Origin: Bugula neritina
Lineage: Eukaryota; Animalia; Bryozoa
Direction of reading: 5' to 3'
Length of the DNA stretch: 64,000 nt
NCBI GenBank assembly: GCA_964035545.1
Contig: OZ037767.1
Span: 20,414,628-20,478,627 of the forward strand
The notes beneath the pieces were generated by a model, which saw only the letters and a list, made by a program, of their open reading frames with translations, was not told the origin of the DNA and did no database searches. Positions 1 to 14,200 of the stretch are shown here, in pieces (position 1 is the stretch's first letter; every line of letters starts with the position of its first letter). Position numbers and translations under genes: made by a program.

Positions 1-2206
1 TAATCTCTTCAAAGTTGACAAATATATGAAAATATTGCGTACATTATTGCATTCTTATGTATTCGTGGAAGTTGTTAAAACTTCTTTACTCATCATAAGC
101 TCTTTCCGGGCACAATAATCTTTCACCTAATTGGCTAAAATGTAGTATACGCAGGTTATTTTATATTACATTGTTACATCCGTTACACTATGCTACTGTT
201 TATATACCTATGTCTTCTACCCTAATCAGTGAAGGTAGCTATAAATTAACTCCCTCAAACCAACTATGCATATTTCTTAAACGTGACTAAAATTTGTAGG
301 ATTTAGAAAAATAATTTCACGTTTATTTACTTTATAAAATTTTTTTCTAAATCTTCCATATGTATCATTGCCAATTTTCTAAAAAATCAGAACAAGGAAA
401 AATATATTTTCTTTATTATTAGATTTTTATTTGCACAGAAACATGCTTTGCTTAAGAGGATCCTTTGTTTGATTATATCTAGCCTGAAACCTAACTACCA
501 AGTCTCAAACCAGAACTTTGGCATTCTGGTTGATCTCAACCGAAATCTCCCAATCTATATAAGCAAGAAACTAATATTAGCCAAGCAAGAAATGGCATAC
601 CTTTTTATACTCTGAATGGTCAATATTGCTTTGTATTAGGCGACAGTATATATCTGAAGACTTTATAATAAAATATTGAGAGTTTTATACATGTATGTAT
701 AATAATAATTAAACAAACTCTTAAAGCATCACAAAAACAAAATTGTTCCCTGATTAACTGTAAAACATGTACTCTTCATTTTAATAACTTTGTGAAATAA
801 ACAAGCCGCATCACCTTTCACCATATTGCCACCTTGACTGATACTGTGGTATGCAGAAAATCTCAACAAAGCTATTATTCAATCTCATGAATAATATAAC
901 TTTATGAATCATGTTAATAGCAGTTTATTACCTTCATTAACAAAGTTTCATCAGCATTACAGGTCATATCTTGGTTCAACTATATTTCATTCAAATAAAA
1001 ATAAATAGATGAGGAATCTATAGCTCAGTGGCCATTGTCTAGCTTGACGAGTGGTTCAGACTTTAAAAGGATTATTGAGACACTAGAAAACACATTCAAA
1101 CTGCTTCTATGATACTTTGAGACTCTTAAGCTATGCTCTCAGTTTGCTTTGAGCCAAAGTCTATAGACATGCTAAAACATAGGAAATATATGGAGATTAC
1201 TGAAAGTCCTGTAGCAAAACAAAGCTCTCAGGCTACCTTTTAAGAAAGGTGATTCAAAGCTATGATTATACTGAAAATCATACAAGAGGACTTTTGTTTG
1301 AAACAAAAATAGTTTTAGCGGCAAATGCTACTAAGTTATAAGCCGTTATCATCCGTCCATTAAGGAAGTGTGCAACTGGTTTGCATGGTGTGAAGAGTTG
1401 GCAGTAAAAGGAGGAAAGAGTAGATCTGCCCTAATCTCCAGATAAACTGTATTACACGCATGGAACTGGCACAGCCAATGGAAGTGCTTATGTTTTATAT
1501 TTAACTACCGGGATCTGAGTAAAAGCCAGAAATCTCTTCTGGTTTTTACTCAGATCAAGTAGCAGTACTCTGCCTGGTTTTGTTCTCCATCACATAATTA
1601 TGTTTATTCAAGTTGAGGACATTTTGCAGGGACAAAGTACATGCTGAGTAGCAAGTGTCCAGCTGCTGCCCAACCTCCACAGCTGCGGTCTTAAATTTAA
1701 GCACTGAAGTTATTTATCAAGTTTTGTGAACAATGGTGTTTGACAGGAATTTAGCACTGCTTGCTAGAAATGGTAAAATTTCTTGCAGAGTTGGGAATAG
1801 CCAGGGTCTGGTGTATTGTGGTAGCATTTCAGTTTCATATCATGTGAATGGCTGCCGTAGAACAGGATCTGAGTATATGTTTGAATTTGAAACTTTATGC
1901 ATAGAGCAGTGAGCATGAATGAATATTAAGATATTTGAGGTAAATTTATATAAAAGATATGCAGGAGAGCAGCGCTAAAGCAGCTGTTTTAGAATGTGCT
2001 CCTTAATAGAGCTGATTAAATGCATTATGCCTATCTTTTCATCATGAGGCGATTAATTGATAAATTATTATTAAAATAGTTATTGAAATAATATACTTGA
2101 TTATAGTATAATTCATATGGTAAAAATATAGTCAGCATCTCATAACCTAAGTATTTCAAAGGTCTTACAGTTGAATATGACCCCCCCCCTTCAACTACCC
2201 CAAAAC

Positions 2207-5200
2207 CTATTCATCTGATGAAATGTCCAGTTGTGAAAAAGCTAGAAGATGAAACTTGAATTGCTGCTGAAACTGGTTGATGATTCGATCAATCTTTTGT
2301 TCGTCTTTGTGTTGGTTAGACTTAGGAACCCTAGCTATAGCCTTGTCAAGGCACTTCCTGTATTTAGCGGTGAGGCATCGTTCAACAGCCAGCTTGAAGG
2401 CAAGCAAGTCGATTCTAGCCTATCAACAAAGAGTAACAATACCACAACTAGAACGCAATAACAAGAATAGAAGAGCTTCTTAGCCCGATGATTCACGAGT
2501 GAAAAACGGGAGTGACTTGAGAAAATGTCTATTAAAAAGAAAACACACATATCGGGCCAACTGGAAATTTTCTTAAACTTATTTCTTTAAACATCTCTGC
2601 AGGATTTTGGTCAACGTGAGCATTTCTCTGGAACACGAGCTTTTATACCACTTCTTCTAAACTGAAGAGGACCCAACTAGGGCCGGGTTGTGATCGTGCC
2701 AGACTTCAGAATAACAAATGAGAATTTGGTAGATGATAATCTCTCAATTAATAGTAGATTACTTCCAGTAGGTGCTCAGCTGGTCTCCTGTTACTATGCA
2801 GTACCCAGATGGAAATCTTATCTCCATATTTCCCGGTTTTTGCTAATCATTGAGCAATCAAACAACTACAACTCCCTTAGCCCGAGTGTGAGAAATGAGA
2901 ACTCATTTTCACTTTGTAGCGGTTTATCCGTAAAATCTTAGTCTAATTACAAAACAATCGTTATCATTTTTATCTTGAGCTATAAATATAGACGTCTGTA
3001 TAAAATATACCGAGTGTGTCGGTAATATATAAAGCAAGCAGGTAATATATGAACTATGTAGGTGAATATAGAGTATGTAAGTAATATATAGAGTATGCAA
3101 GTAATATATAGACTATGTAGGTAATACATATAAAGTATGCAGGTAATATATAGAGTATACAGGTAATATACAGAGTATGCAGGTAATACATAGAGTATGC
3201 AGGTAATACAGAGAGACTGAAGGACTGTTTACCTGCAGAGCACCATTTTTGTTGAACTTTGTAATAGAGAAGATGAGTCTATTGATTTCTTCGGCCACCG
3301 TGTCTACTATGTGAGAGATAATTCGGGGTAAGAAGTCAGTGGAGAGAATACTGTAGACTTCAGCGTGAGCCTGCATTCAGCAATAAACATCATAATAATA
3401 TCTATATAGTTATAATATGTATATGATTATATAACATATGAAAATGATAAATACATATAATAACAATATATATATAAGTTTTGAGCAAAAGGTAAAATAA
3501 TCATCACGTCAAGAATTTACTTTAGAAAATATTGTATAATATTTCAATTATGTTTATGGGAAGAGAAAGGGAGGACGGCCCAAACGAAGTTGGATGGACA
3601 CGATAGGAGATGACATGAAGCGATGGGATCTTAAACCAGAAGATGCAGAAGACTGGGAAAGATGACGGACGCTGATAGAGATTGGAAGCCTGCAGACCGG
3701 TCACCCGTACAGGACTACAACCGTATAGGTGTGGAGGTGTGAATTTCAATTATGCTTATACAAATATGTTATAATCCGAATACACTATATACAATTATGT
3801 TATATACAACTGTGCATTATACTCGTACTAATTAAATTAGATTAATTTTTTGAAAGCAAAGAATTTTCTGTACCATCTTTTTAAACACAAAGTTTTGAAC
3901 AGAATTACTTGAAGGTTGAAAGGAAGCAAGTAACAAACAACACAGTTTCTGGATAGAAGCGTGCTGAAGCCTCACCTCAACTATATGGCTGATGCACTCT
4001 TTGATATAGTCTCTCACAGACATCGGTTCTTTAGCTGTCGACCAATCAAACTGCCCGGTATACATACTTTGCTCCAGCTGCCCTATGATTGGTTCGACTT
4101 TCAACTCCACATACTGGTCAAACAACCTAGCATCCAGTTTGTCAAAACTCTCTTCTGCAAACTGCATCACCTGAAAACAAAGATTCGTACGGGTAGATTA
4201 GCATTCCAGGCATCTGTTTCAAACATGGATGAGAATTCTACAGCTAGCAGGCACATTGATTACGTCATACTTTGTTGGTTTCATGGTAGCCATGTTTGTC
4301 CAAAGTCTCAACAAGACGAGGCATTATCTTCTCCAGCGAGTAGTGACAGTTACTCAGCGTAATAATGAGTCGTCTGCGAAGTGGAGGCACTCCGTCTAAC
4401 ATCTTTGTGGAGCCGTCCAATAGCGGATCAGAGTTCATAGAGTCATCCTGTGTAGGCTCGTCGAAGGCACATTTCTCTAAAGTCTGTATGTATGCTAAAT
4501 AAAATATAATTGTTTTCTTATAAATAAAACACCAAAACATAAACGGATAAATTAATTTTATACTGTGGCCATCGTTAAACTCATTTTAGAGATTTTTACA
4601 AATAAATTTCAGACCAGTTTCAAAAAGATTGTTTTTTTTAAACAAGCCTGAGAAGGAGGCTGTCCTAAATAGCAGATGATGGCCGAGGAACACCCAACCT
4701 TTGACCAGATCAATGCAGAGTGCAGTGGCTTGCTCCTGGGTGGTCCTGTCATTGAAGATGTCATGTTCTCCAGGTTTCACTCGGATGACAACGTCATTCA
4801 AGTGTGACACTGACTCATTGATGCAGTTCTCAAACATGCCAGGTAGTTGGGTGGTCGAGCCGGATGAGTCATTCGTGTCCAGTACCCACGTCTCTTTAGT
4901 GTTCAGTTTAGACACGTCATCTATAGCCTTTAAACACAGCAAACATTAGCTAGCATAGAGTAGTGTAGCACATGAGTATTGATGTAAGACAGCACAGAGT
5001 AGTATAGCACATGAGTATTGGTGTAAGACAGCACAGAGTAGTGTAGCACATGAGTATTGGTGTAAGACAGTACAAAGTAGTGTAGCACATGAGTATTGGT
5101 ATAAAACAGCACAGAGTAGTGTAGCACATGAGTATTGGTGTAAGACAGTACAGAGTAGTATAGCACGTGAGTATTGGTGTAAGACAGCACAGAGTAGTAT

Positions 5201-8200
5201 AGCACATGAGTATTGGTGTAAGACAGTACAGAGTAGTATAGCACATGAGTTATGGTGTAAGACAGTACAGAGTAGTATAGCACATGAGTATTGGTGTAAG
5301 ACAGCACAGAGTAGTATAGCACATGAGTATTGGTGTAAGACAGTACAGAGTAGTGTAGCACATGAGTATTGGTGTAAGACAGCACAGAGTAGTATAGCAC
5401 ATGAGTATTGGTGTAAGACAGTACAGAGTAGTGTAGCACATGAGTATTGGTGTAAGACAGCACAGAGTAGTATAGCACATGAGTATTGGTGTAAGACAGC
5501 ACAGAGTAGTGTAGCACATGAGTATTGGTATAAGACAGCATAGAGTAGTATAGCACAATAAAGTAAATTAGCATTCAGAAGCAGTTGGTGTGGAAAGAAA
5601 GCTGCCATGTTGATTTAACAACACAGTTAGTAAATGTTCTTTAGAGATCAATGTACCACTCTACGCTACATTGAGTTCTACTAAAACGATTTGAACCTGT
5701 TAAGAGATGGCTTGCGTCGCGTTACCTGCTTAAGGATGGTTCGCATTGTGTCTGTGCGAAGGTCAAACACAAGCTCCTGTAGTAAGTTGTTAAACTCTGA
5801 CTCCGGTGGTATGTCGTTCCTCAACGTTTCGGCACATTGACGAACAGTCCTGCAGCAAATGGGAGCGCAGCAGATATAAACTGTGATGTTGAAATGCATA
5901 TAACTTTATAGTAAAACACCACAAAGTTTTGCATCAATATTTTACAACATTAGTTGTTGATTTAGTTTATGTTACAATAAAAGATTCTTTATATATTTTA
6001 CTTGAAGATATTAACTAAGCAGCATGAATTAGATTAAAATACATAAAGATGTGAAGTGGAGTAAACACCATTGAATACATAATAACATTCAACATCACGC
6101 CAATAGGAAGTTAATCACCACACAGTGCCGTATCAATATAAGGAATGTGAAGAGAAGTTAAAGCTGTTTCCACTGCTGACACAGCGCTGCCGTTTAGAGA
6201 GAGTAGTCAGCGTGGTGAGAATTAGTTAGAAGAAGGGAAAAGTTTGTAAATATGTGACGAAAATAGTGCAACACTTACAAATAACTAGAACTCATGAAAC
6301 TGAAATAAAACTGATATGTGAGAACAATAGTGAATAAACATTATTCATATTTTTAACATTATTTATATTTTCAACACAGACATTGCAAAAGACAATAACT
6401 ACTTTAATATTGCAAATGTACTGTTTGTTACCCGCAGTCTCAAGAGAAAATCTGCTAGAAGAGGGTGGGAGGGGCCAACTGAGTAGTAGAGAGTGGGAGG
6501 AGCGTACTGGGTGTTAGAAGGTGAAAAGGGCCTATTGAGTAGTAGAGGGTGGGAGGGGCTTACTGAGTAGTAAGGAGAGGGCAGGGCCAACTAAGTGGAG
6601 GTGGAGGTAGGTGGGCGGGACTTACTGAGTAGTAGAGAGTGAGAGGAGCCCACTGAGTAGTAAGGAGAGGGCAGGGCCAACTGAGTAGTAGGAGGTGGGA
6701 GGGGCCTACTGAATAGTAAAGAGTGGGAGAAGCCTACTGAATAGTGAGGGGGCGGCTGAGACAGAATGACTAAGGCCAGAGCAAACTGTTCCTTATCAAA
6801 GGCTGCAACACATCCAACTGGTTGCACACTATAGCCTATGCTGGGCAACAGACTATTTAGCAGTTATAAGGTGGCTAAAAGATGTAGCCTGGGAGTAGAA
6901 TTCAGTACATGGCCAAGGTCACCCGGGACTATCATTTAATAGTCATATATACATAGAGCAGTACAATAGTATAGTCATGAAAATTTAAATGTTAACAGTT
7001 AAATCTCATTAAGATATGCAAACCACTTTGAGAACTAAAATGCTTGCCATACTCCTTCCCTGTAACTTGCTCACGATCCTAATTTAACTAAAACTAATAC
7101 TGTGGGACATCTTCCTCATTGACTTTCTGGTAAAAAGAACCTCTGGGCTTTACATAAATCAGCTCTTCATAACCAAATCTACCAGATGCATTTTGCGAAC
7201 AGCAAAGCAATAAAACAAGGTGATAAAGTACAAGACTAAACAACTGGTGTCTGCTGGTATTCAAAAGTTGAAGGGTATGCCGCATAAAATCAACTTTTTT
7301 TCTAAGGGTATAGAAAAGAATAGTGTGTATACAGGGGAAGACAACTTAATAAACACCATTCACAAAATAAAGTATAATAACATGAACTAGGGCAGAGGAC
7401 GCGATGCCTTACCGAACACATTGCGGCAGCCAGGCACTCGGCAGCTCAGCTTTGGTCAGCGTCCATCCCTCATACGCTCGTCGTGTTTCCTCCGGTAAGT
7501 CTGCTAGACTTTCGGGTAGGAAAGCATTTCTTACCAGATTGCAGTACGTTTTGAGAACCTGCGTAGGAAAAAGTGAATTTTTGAGAAAAATATAAATAAA
7601 GAGAAGAAAACTAAAAAAGGGACAACTCCAACATAGGCTTTATAGGCGGAATATTGTGTATAAGAAAACTGTTAGTCTTACAAACTCATTTTACTTGACA
7701 AACTAATCACATGCTTATAAATACTTACCAAACCAATCATATGCTTGAATGCATTCAAATTTTGCTTCTGCTCTATTTTAGCACGGTGTGAGTCATCTCT
7801 CTCCTTTCTCAGGAGTTGTCCTACAGTGACAGGTAATAAATTGGCATGCTACTATCTATCCACAGAAATTACTCAACACTAGCACACAAACATTTGTCTC
7901 AAGAGGTATATACTGTAACAATTGCAGACTAGCAGAAACGTTGGACCGTGAATAGTATATCAACTTTGAATTTACTACTTTCAAATTATATAATAAAAAC
8001 AAATATTAATGTACAATTTAATCATATAAAAAAAGCAAACACATTAATGACAAATAATTTAATTATATAAGGAACTGTTACAGACAATATCAAAATATCT
8101 TTGAGATAAAAATCAACAACATTAACTAATAAAGTCCTTCTTGCATCTACAGGTTGGTGTGGGAAGGTAGCCAGGGTAGATGTTAGATATCTGACTCTGA

Positions 8201-11200
8201 ATAATATACAGCTTAGAACTTACTAGAAACATGGTCTAAAGGTGTTACCTTCAAAGTAGGCGTGGCCAAGTCTATAGAAGGCGGGAAAATGCTCAGTCAA
8301 CAATTCTGACAGCTCTTCTACAAACAAGACTCTTTGAGGTGTCTTGATTTTCACAGCTTGTGACTGAGCGAGTGGGACTCCAGGACCTAGCAACTAGTAA
8401 ACAGATGAGATCATCACTAAGCAACCAGTAAACAGATGAGATCATCACATAGCAACCAGTAAGAAAATGAGATCATCACTTAGCAACCAGTAAACAGATG
8501 AGATCATTACTTAGCAATCAGTAAACAGATGAGATCATCATCTAGCAACCAGTAAACAGATGAGATCATCACCTAGCAACCAGTAAACAGATGAGATCAT
8601 CACCTAGCAACCAGTAAATAAATCAGAGTATTGCATAGAAACAAGTAAACCGGTAAGAGTTATGTTCATTAATAACTTACTGAGTAACCTAAATCTAAGC
8701 AAATACAATATAGATTTCATTAATGGATAGATTATTTTTCTTTTAAAAAAGTGAATAGCTCTTGCACTGGAAAACAGAAAACAAAATAGGAAATCTTTTC
8801 AAAATCTGTAGACATGGTTTTAAATCCAGCAAAGTTAAGGACAATTTCCGTATTCCCCACCTGAAGAAATATGAGATCACAAGTTGAGACTAACCTCATA
8901 GCTGCACAACCACAGAGCTCTAACAAGAACCTTACACAGTATTTCTAGAGAAAACTTTATACAAGCTAATGCAACTTTGAAAAACATTAAAATCCGCGAC
9001 CTATAACTGCTTAATATTTCAGGAAACTTATAAATCCAGCAAATGAATTCCAGCAGGTGCTCTCTGACAGGAAACTGCGCCACTAGTCAGCAGGTGCTGT
9101 CTGATATGAATCAGTGACAATACCTGTTCTCTGAAGTCTTTGCTAGAGTTTAGTGTGATGGAAATAGAGCTTTTAGTCCGTGCCCTTTGACCTTTGCTGT
9201 ATCTGTACTCATCATGTTCTCTATTCGTGTGCTCTGTGAGACAGTTGAATAGACAACTGACCAGCCACTTGTATTGAGTAGTAATACACTCCCACGCAGG
9301 GTTTCCTGTAAGCAACCAGTTACCAGTGTATTCTATAGCACATACAGTGACCAGTGTATCTATAATACATTATGCATAGTCACCAGTGTATTCTACAGTA
9401 TATATAGTTACCAGTGTATTCTACAGTATATATAGTTACCAGTGTATTCTACAGTATATATAGTTACCAGTGTATTCTACAGTATATATAGTTACCAGTG
9501 TATTCTACAGTATATATAGTTACCAGTGTATTCTACAGTATGTATAGTTACCAGTGTATTCTACAGTATATATAGTTACCAGTGTATTATACAGTATATA
9601 TAGTTACCAGTGTATTCTACAGTATATATAGTTACCAGTGTATTCTACAGTATATATAGTTACCAGTGTATTCTACAGTATATATAGTTACCAGTGTATT
9701 CTACAGTATATATAGTTACCAGTGTATTCTACAGTATATATAGTTACCAGTGTATTCTACAGTATATATAGTTACCAGTGTATTCTACAGTATGTATATT
9801 ATATATAGTTACCGGTGTATTCCAAATCGACAAGGTGCCGAATTATTTTCTTTTTTTCTTCCAGAGGAGATGGCATCTGCAGCAACTTTTCATGTAGCGA
9901 CTCTCGAAACTTCTGTACCTCTTTTTCAACTTCTCCATAAAACTACAAACAACGTCTGCCGATATGATCTGTGGTATCCCATGTGACATGACATGGCATA
10001 AGTGTAAACATAGCATACACGTATCTGACATGCGTCATGACATGTAGGCATATGACATGACATGTCATGTGACATGACATGTGTGTAAGACATGACACGT
10101 GCGGGCATATGACAGATAATGAAGAAAACACAATCTTCTATATTTCTCAAATAATTTTACAAAACATATACAAGATCACATGTACAATTTGGATACTGTT
10201 TTAGGAAACATAAAATCAATGCAGATATATACTCCATAATTAAAAGTCATAGAGCTTCAAATAGGGCACCTGTGCCTGAGTTTGCATGCTGGTATACTTT
10301 GCCAAATCAAAACTCATACTAATTGTTGCTTCCAACAAACCATAACAAAGTAATTTAGTAAATTTTAAGAAAATCTGAATAATATAAATTTATCAGTTGA
10401 AATATCAGAAATCCATCTGGTAAAGAGACACTCACCTCTTTGAAAACAGCCACTTCTGTATCTCTGAACAACAGCTTGGCTCTGGTGTAATCGTTGATCA
10501 CCAAATCATAATCTCCTTTCGCTATGTTCGACCTAAAAACATTAATAGACACCTCACACAAGATCTAGCATATAGAGCAGAGAAATGAGGGCAAGAAAAA
10601 GTGTAGGAATGCAGAAGACATCAATTGTAATTAATCGTAAACCTAACAGATGGAGGTAGATAGGACAGTGTAACTAGTTAATACCTGATAGTTGGAGGTA
10701 GATAGGACAGTGTAACTAGTAAATACCTGATAGTTGGAGGTAGATAGGACAGTGTAACTAGTTAATACCTGATAGTTGGAGGTAGATAGGACAGTGTAAC
10801 TAGTAAATACCTGATAGTTGAAGGTAGATAGGACAGTGTAACTAGTTAATACCTGATAGTTGGAGGTAGATAGGACAGTGTAACTAGTAAATACCTGATA
10901 GTTGGAGGTAGATAGGACAGTGTAACTAGTTAATACCTGATAGTTGGAGGTAGATAGGACAGTGTAACTGGTTAATACCTGATAGTTGGAGGTAGATAGG
11001 AGAGTGTAACTAGTAAATACCTGATAGTTGGAGGCAGATAAAACAAGAACTTGAATCTATTAAGAATTCCAAGAGTATTGCGAGTAGCATCAGCCTTCTC
11101 CTTCCGCCTGATGATGTCATGAAACAGAGAGTCAGCATCCTTGTCAGCAGCTAAAAATAGCATCTAACTGCTAGCATGTCATATGATAATACATATAGTA

Positions 11201-14200
11201 AAGCATAGCATATACCGTAATATGTCATATAGTATAGCATGTAGCAGCTCACGTATGTAGCTTGTTCTACACATGTTTATAGTAACATGCAGGCTAGTTC
11301 AAATATAGTAATATAGAATGGGAATCCACATTATAATATTGAAGAGAAGACGATTCTTCAATAGATATAAATGATAGCAACCATTTGCATAGTGCCCACT
11401 GTACTAGAGTTGTGACTGCGTAGTCGAGTGTTGTGTATTAAGTTACCTAAGAGGTAACTTTTATTCTAAACTGAAGACAAAATACACTATAAACAAAAAT
11501 CCTTGAGGAAAAATTAGACAACACACTTTACAGGCCACCAGTCTAAAAAGAAAAACTGTCATTTTCTGGTAGAAATGATACTCTGCAGTGACTACTGTAG
11601 AGAGAAGATAAGTCAGCATAAACAGCCTTTACCTTGAAGCAGCATATTCAGTTTGTCTAGACTCATGATCTTCTGGTTTTCATCCCAAGTGAGTTTATTA
11701 TGCATGGTCACCAGGGCATCCTGGCACTCCATGAAAGTTGATACGTTAGTCTTGACAAACGACAACGGCTCTTTACTGAAAGAGGAAGTAATTGAAGAGT
11801 GTAAGTTACCAAGTATCTACATACATGTCTAGCTGTCAATACAAGAATTGTAAGCCATTAGATAAATATGGCTCAGAATGTCTGTATTCTCTGCTTTGTC
11901 TAAAACCTGATAATCAATACAAGTTTATCATTTATGTAAACCTTCCCTTTTCTTTAGACTTCTTCTATAAAATTATGTCTGATTAGAAAGCTTAGCAGAA
12001 AAGAGTGAGCACGAAGTTGTCCTCTTATCAGCTAATAGAACGACGACTCTCAAAAAATTATTGGTTCAAAACACTAGGAATAAAATGAGTTAGTTACACC
12101 AAAACTATTTCTTTTCAATTCAATGTATAACAATATTTCAAGAGTAGAGTGTGTAAAAAAGTAAAATAACTGTGGAAAATTTTAACATTATGTTGCCCAG
12201 TCAGAAATGGACAGTATTATTTGTAATAGGTTATTTATACACATGTAATGTAGAATATCATATAACTATGAGTATACAATATTTTATACAAACATATGCG
12301 TATATGTAGTATATTGTATAACTATTAATCTATATTCTATTAGCTTCATATCTAATAGTTCATACTGAGATAAGTATGTAACTGTTTATTGTATATAAAA
12401 TATTTATTATACTTTATTATATAATACATGTACATGTATTTCATAATTGTATGGATGTAAACAATGTTTACATGTTTAGAACAGTTGTATGTATTTTCAA
12501 ATGAGTTTTTGTAGACAGTTAAAAGATAACATACTGTGTATACATATTTGTGTAGTAAATACACAATTTAGTCTGAGAATAGAGCTAGTCATACCTGCTG
12601 CTATAGTCTAGTCTGAGAATAAAGCTAATCATACCTGCTGCTATAATCTAGTCTGAGAATAGGACGTACCTGCTGCTATATTATAGTCTGAGAATAGGAC
12701 GTACCTGCTGCTATAGTATAGTCTGAGAATAGGACGTACCTGCAGCTATAGTATAGTCTGAGAATAGAGCTAGTCACACATGCTGCTATAGTATAGTCTG
12801 AGAATAGAGCTAGTCACACATGCTGCTATAGTATAGTCTGAGAATAGGACGTACATGCTGCTATAGTATAGTCTGAGAATAGGACGTACCTGCTGCTATA
12901 GTATAGTCTGAGAACAAGACTTACCTGCTGCTAGACCTCCGAGATTTCAGAAACTCCAAACCAGCCTTGAGGTCAGCAAAACTGGTTCCTGCGTTATTTT
13001 CTAGCAGATACCTAAAATTATGATAGTCTATGTATGTATAGTATATATGTGATAGTGTATGTATAGTATATATGTGATAGTGTATGTATAGTATATATGT
13101 GATAGTGTATGTATAGTATATATGTGATAGTGTATGTATAGTATATATGTGATAGTGTATGTATAGTATATATGTGATAGTGTATGTATAGTATATATGT
13201 GATAGTGTATGTATAGTATATATGTGATAGTCTATGTATGTATAGTATATATGTGATAGTGTATGTATAGTATATATGTGATAGTGTATGTATAGTATAT
13301 ATGTGATAGTGTATGTATAGTATATATGTGATAGTGTATGTATAGTATATATGTGATAGTCTATGTATGTATAGTATATATGTGATAGTGTATGTATAGT
13401 ATATATGTGATAGTCTATGTATAGTATATATGTGATAGTCTATGTATATATAGTATATATGTGATAGTCTATGTATAATATATATGTGATAGTCTATATA
13501 TAGTATATATGTGATAGTCTATGTATGTATAGCATGTTAAAAAAATTTGTGACACAATGCGACAAGTTTAAATTTTTTAATACATTTCTATCTAACAAAC
13601 TGAGTCATTTCTTAGCAATGTTCCTACGAATGTAGCTTCAATATAACTACAAAAATCACCCAATTGAAACACAGTTCCGGAGAAAATAGATTCAAATGTT
13701 ACCAACATTCACCTTTTTCTCTGAGTTCACTGCTTATTAGAAAGAGGAGTGGAATGACTAAGAAAACATAGATACATCAATACAAATTTAAATTGAAATG
13801 ATTTTTAAACGCCTTTGCAGCTTGTTCTTTTAGAGTTGTCTACTCAGACTACTAGAACAACTCAGATTAATTACAGAGCCAACAGAAAATGCACTATTAT
13901 AGCAAAAGATGTTTATAGTAAGCTGTGTAACACTAGGAGAATGTTGATTTAATAACATATTGGTAAACAATATACTATTATATTATAATAGTAACTTTAT
14001 AACATGTAGTATAAAATAGTGATAGACAATATACTACTATAGTATAACATAATGATGGACAATATACTATAGTATAACATAGTGGTAGGCAACCAACCAA
14101 TAGGGAGAAAAGTTGGAGGCCGTGACATTGCCAGAACATCTTGGGAAATACTCCAGCAACTTTGTTAGGGGAAACTTTTTCTCAGAATCTTCATCTGAGA

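Noticed and set aside
6458-6760. G-quadruplex function for the G-rich array
   Set aside because: G-runs are irregular and the pre-mRNA strand is C-rich; there is no evidence beyond composition.
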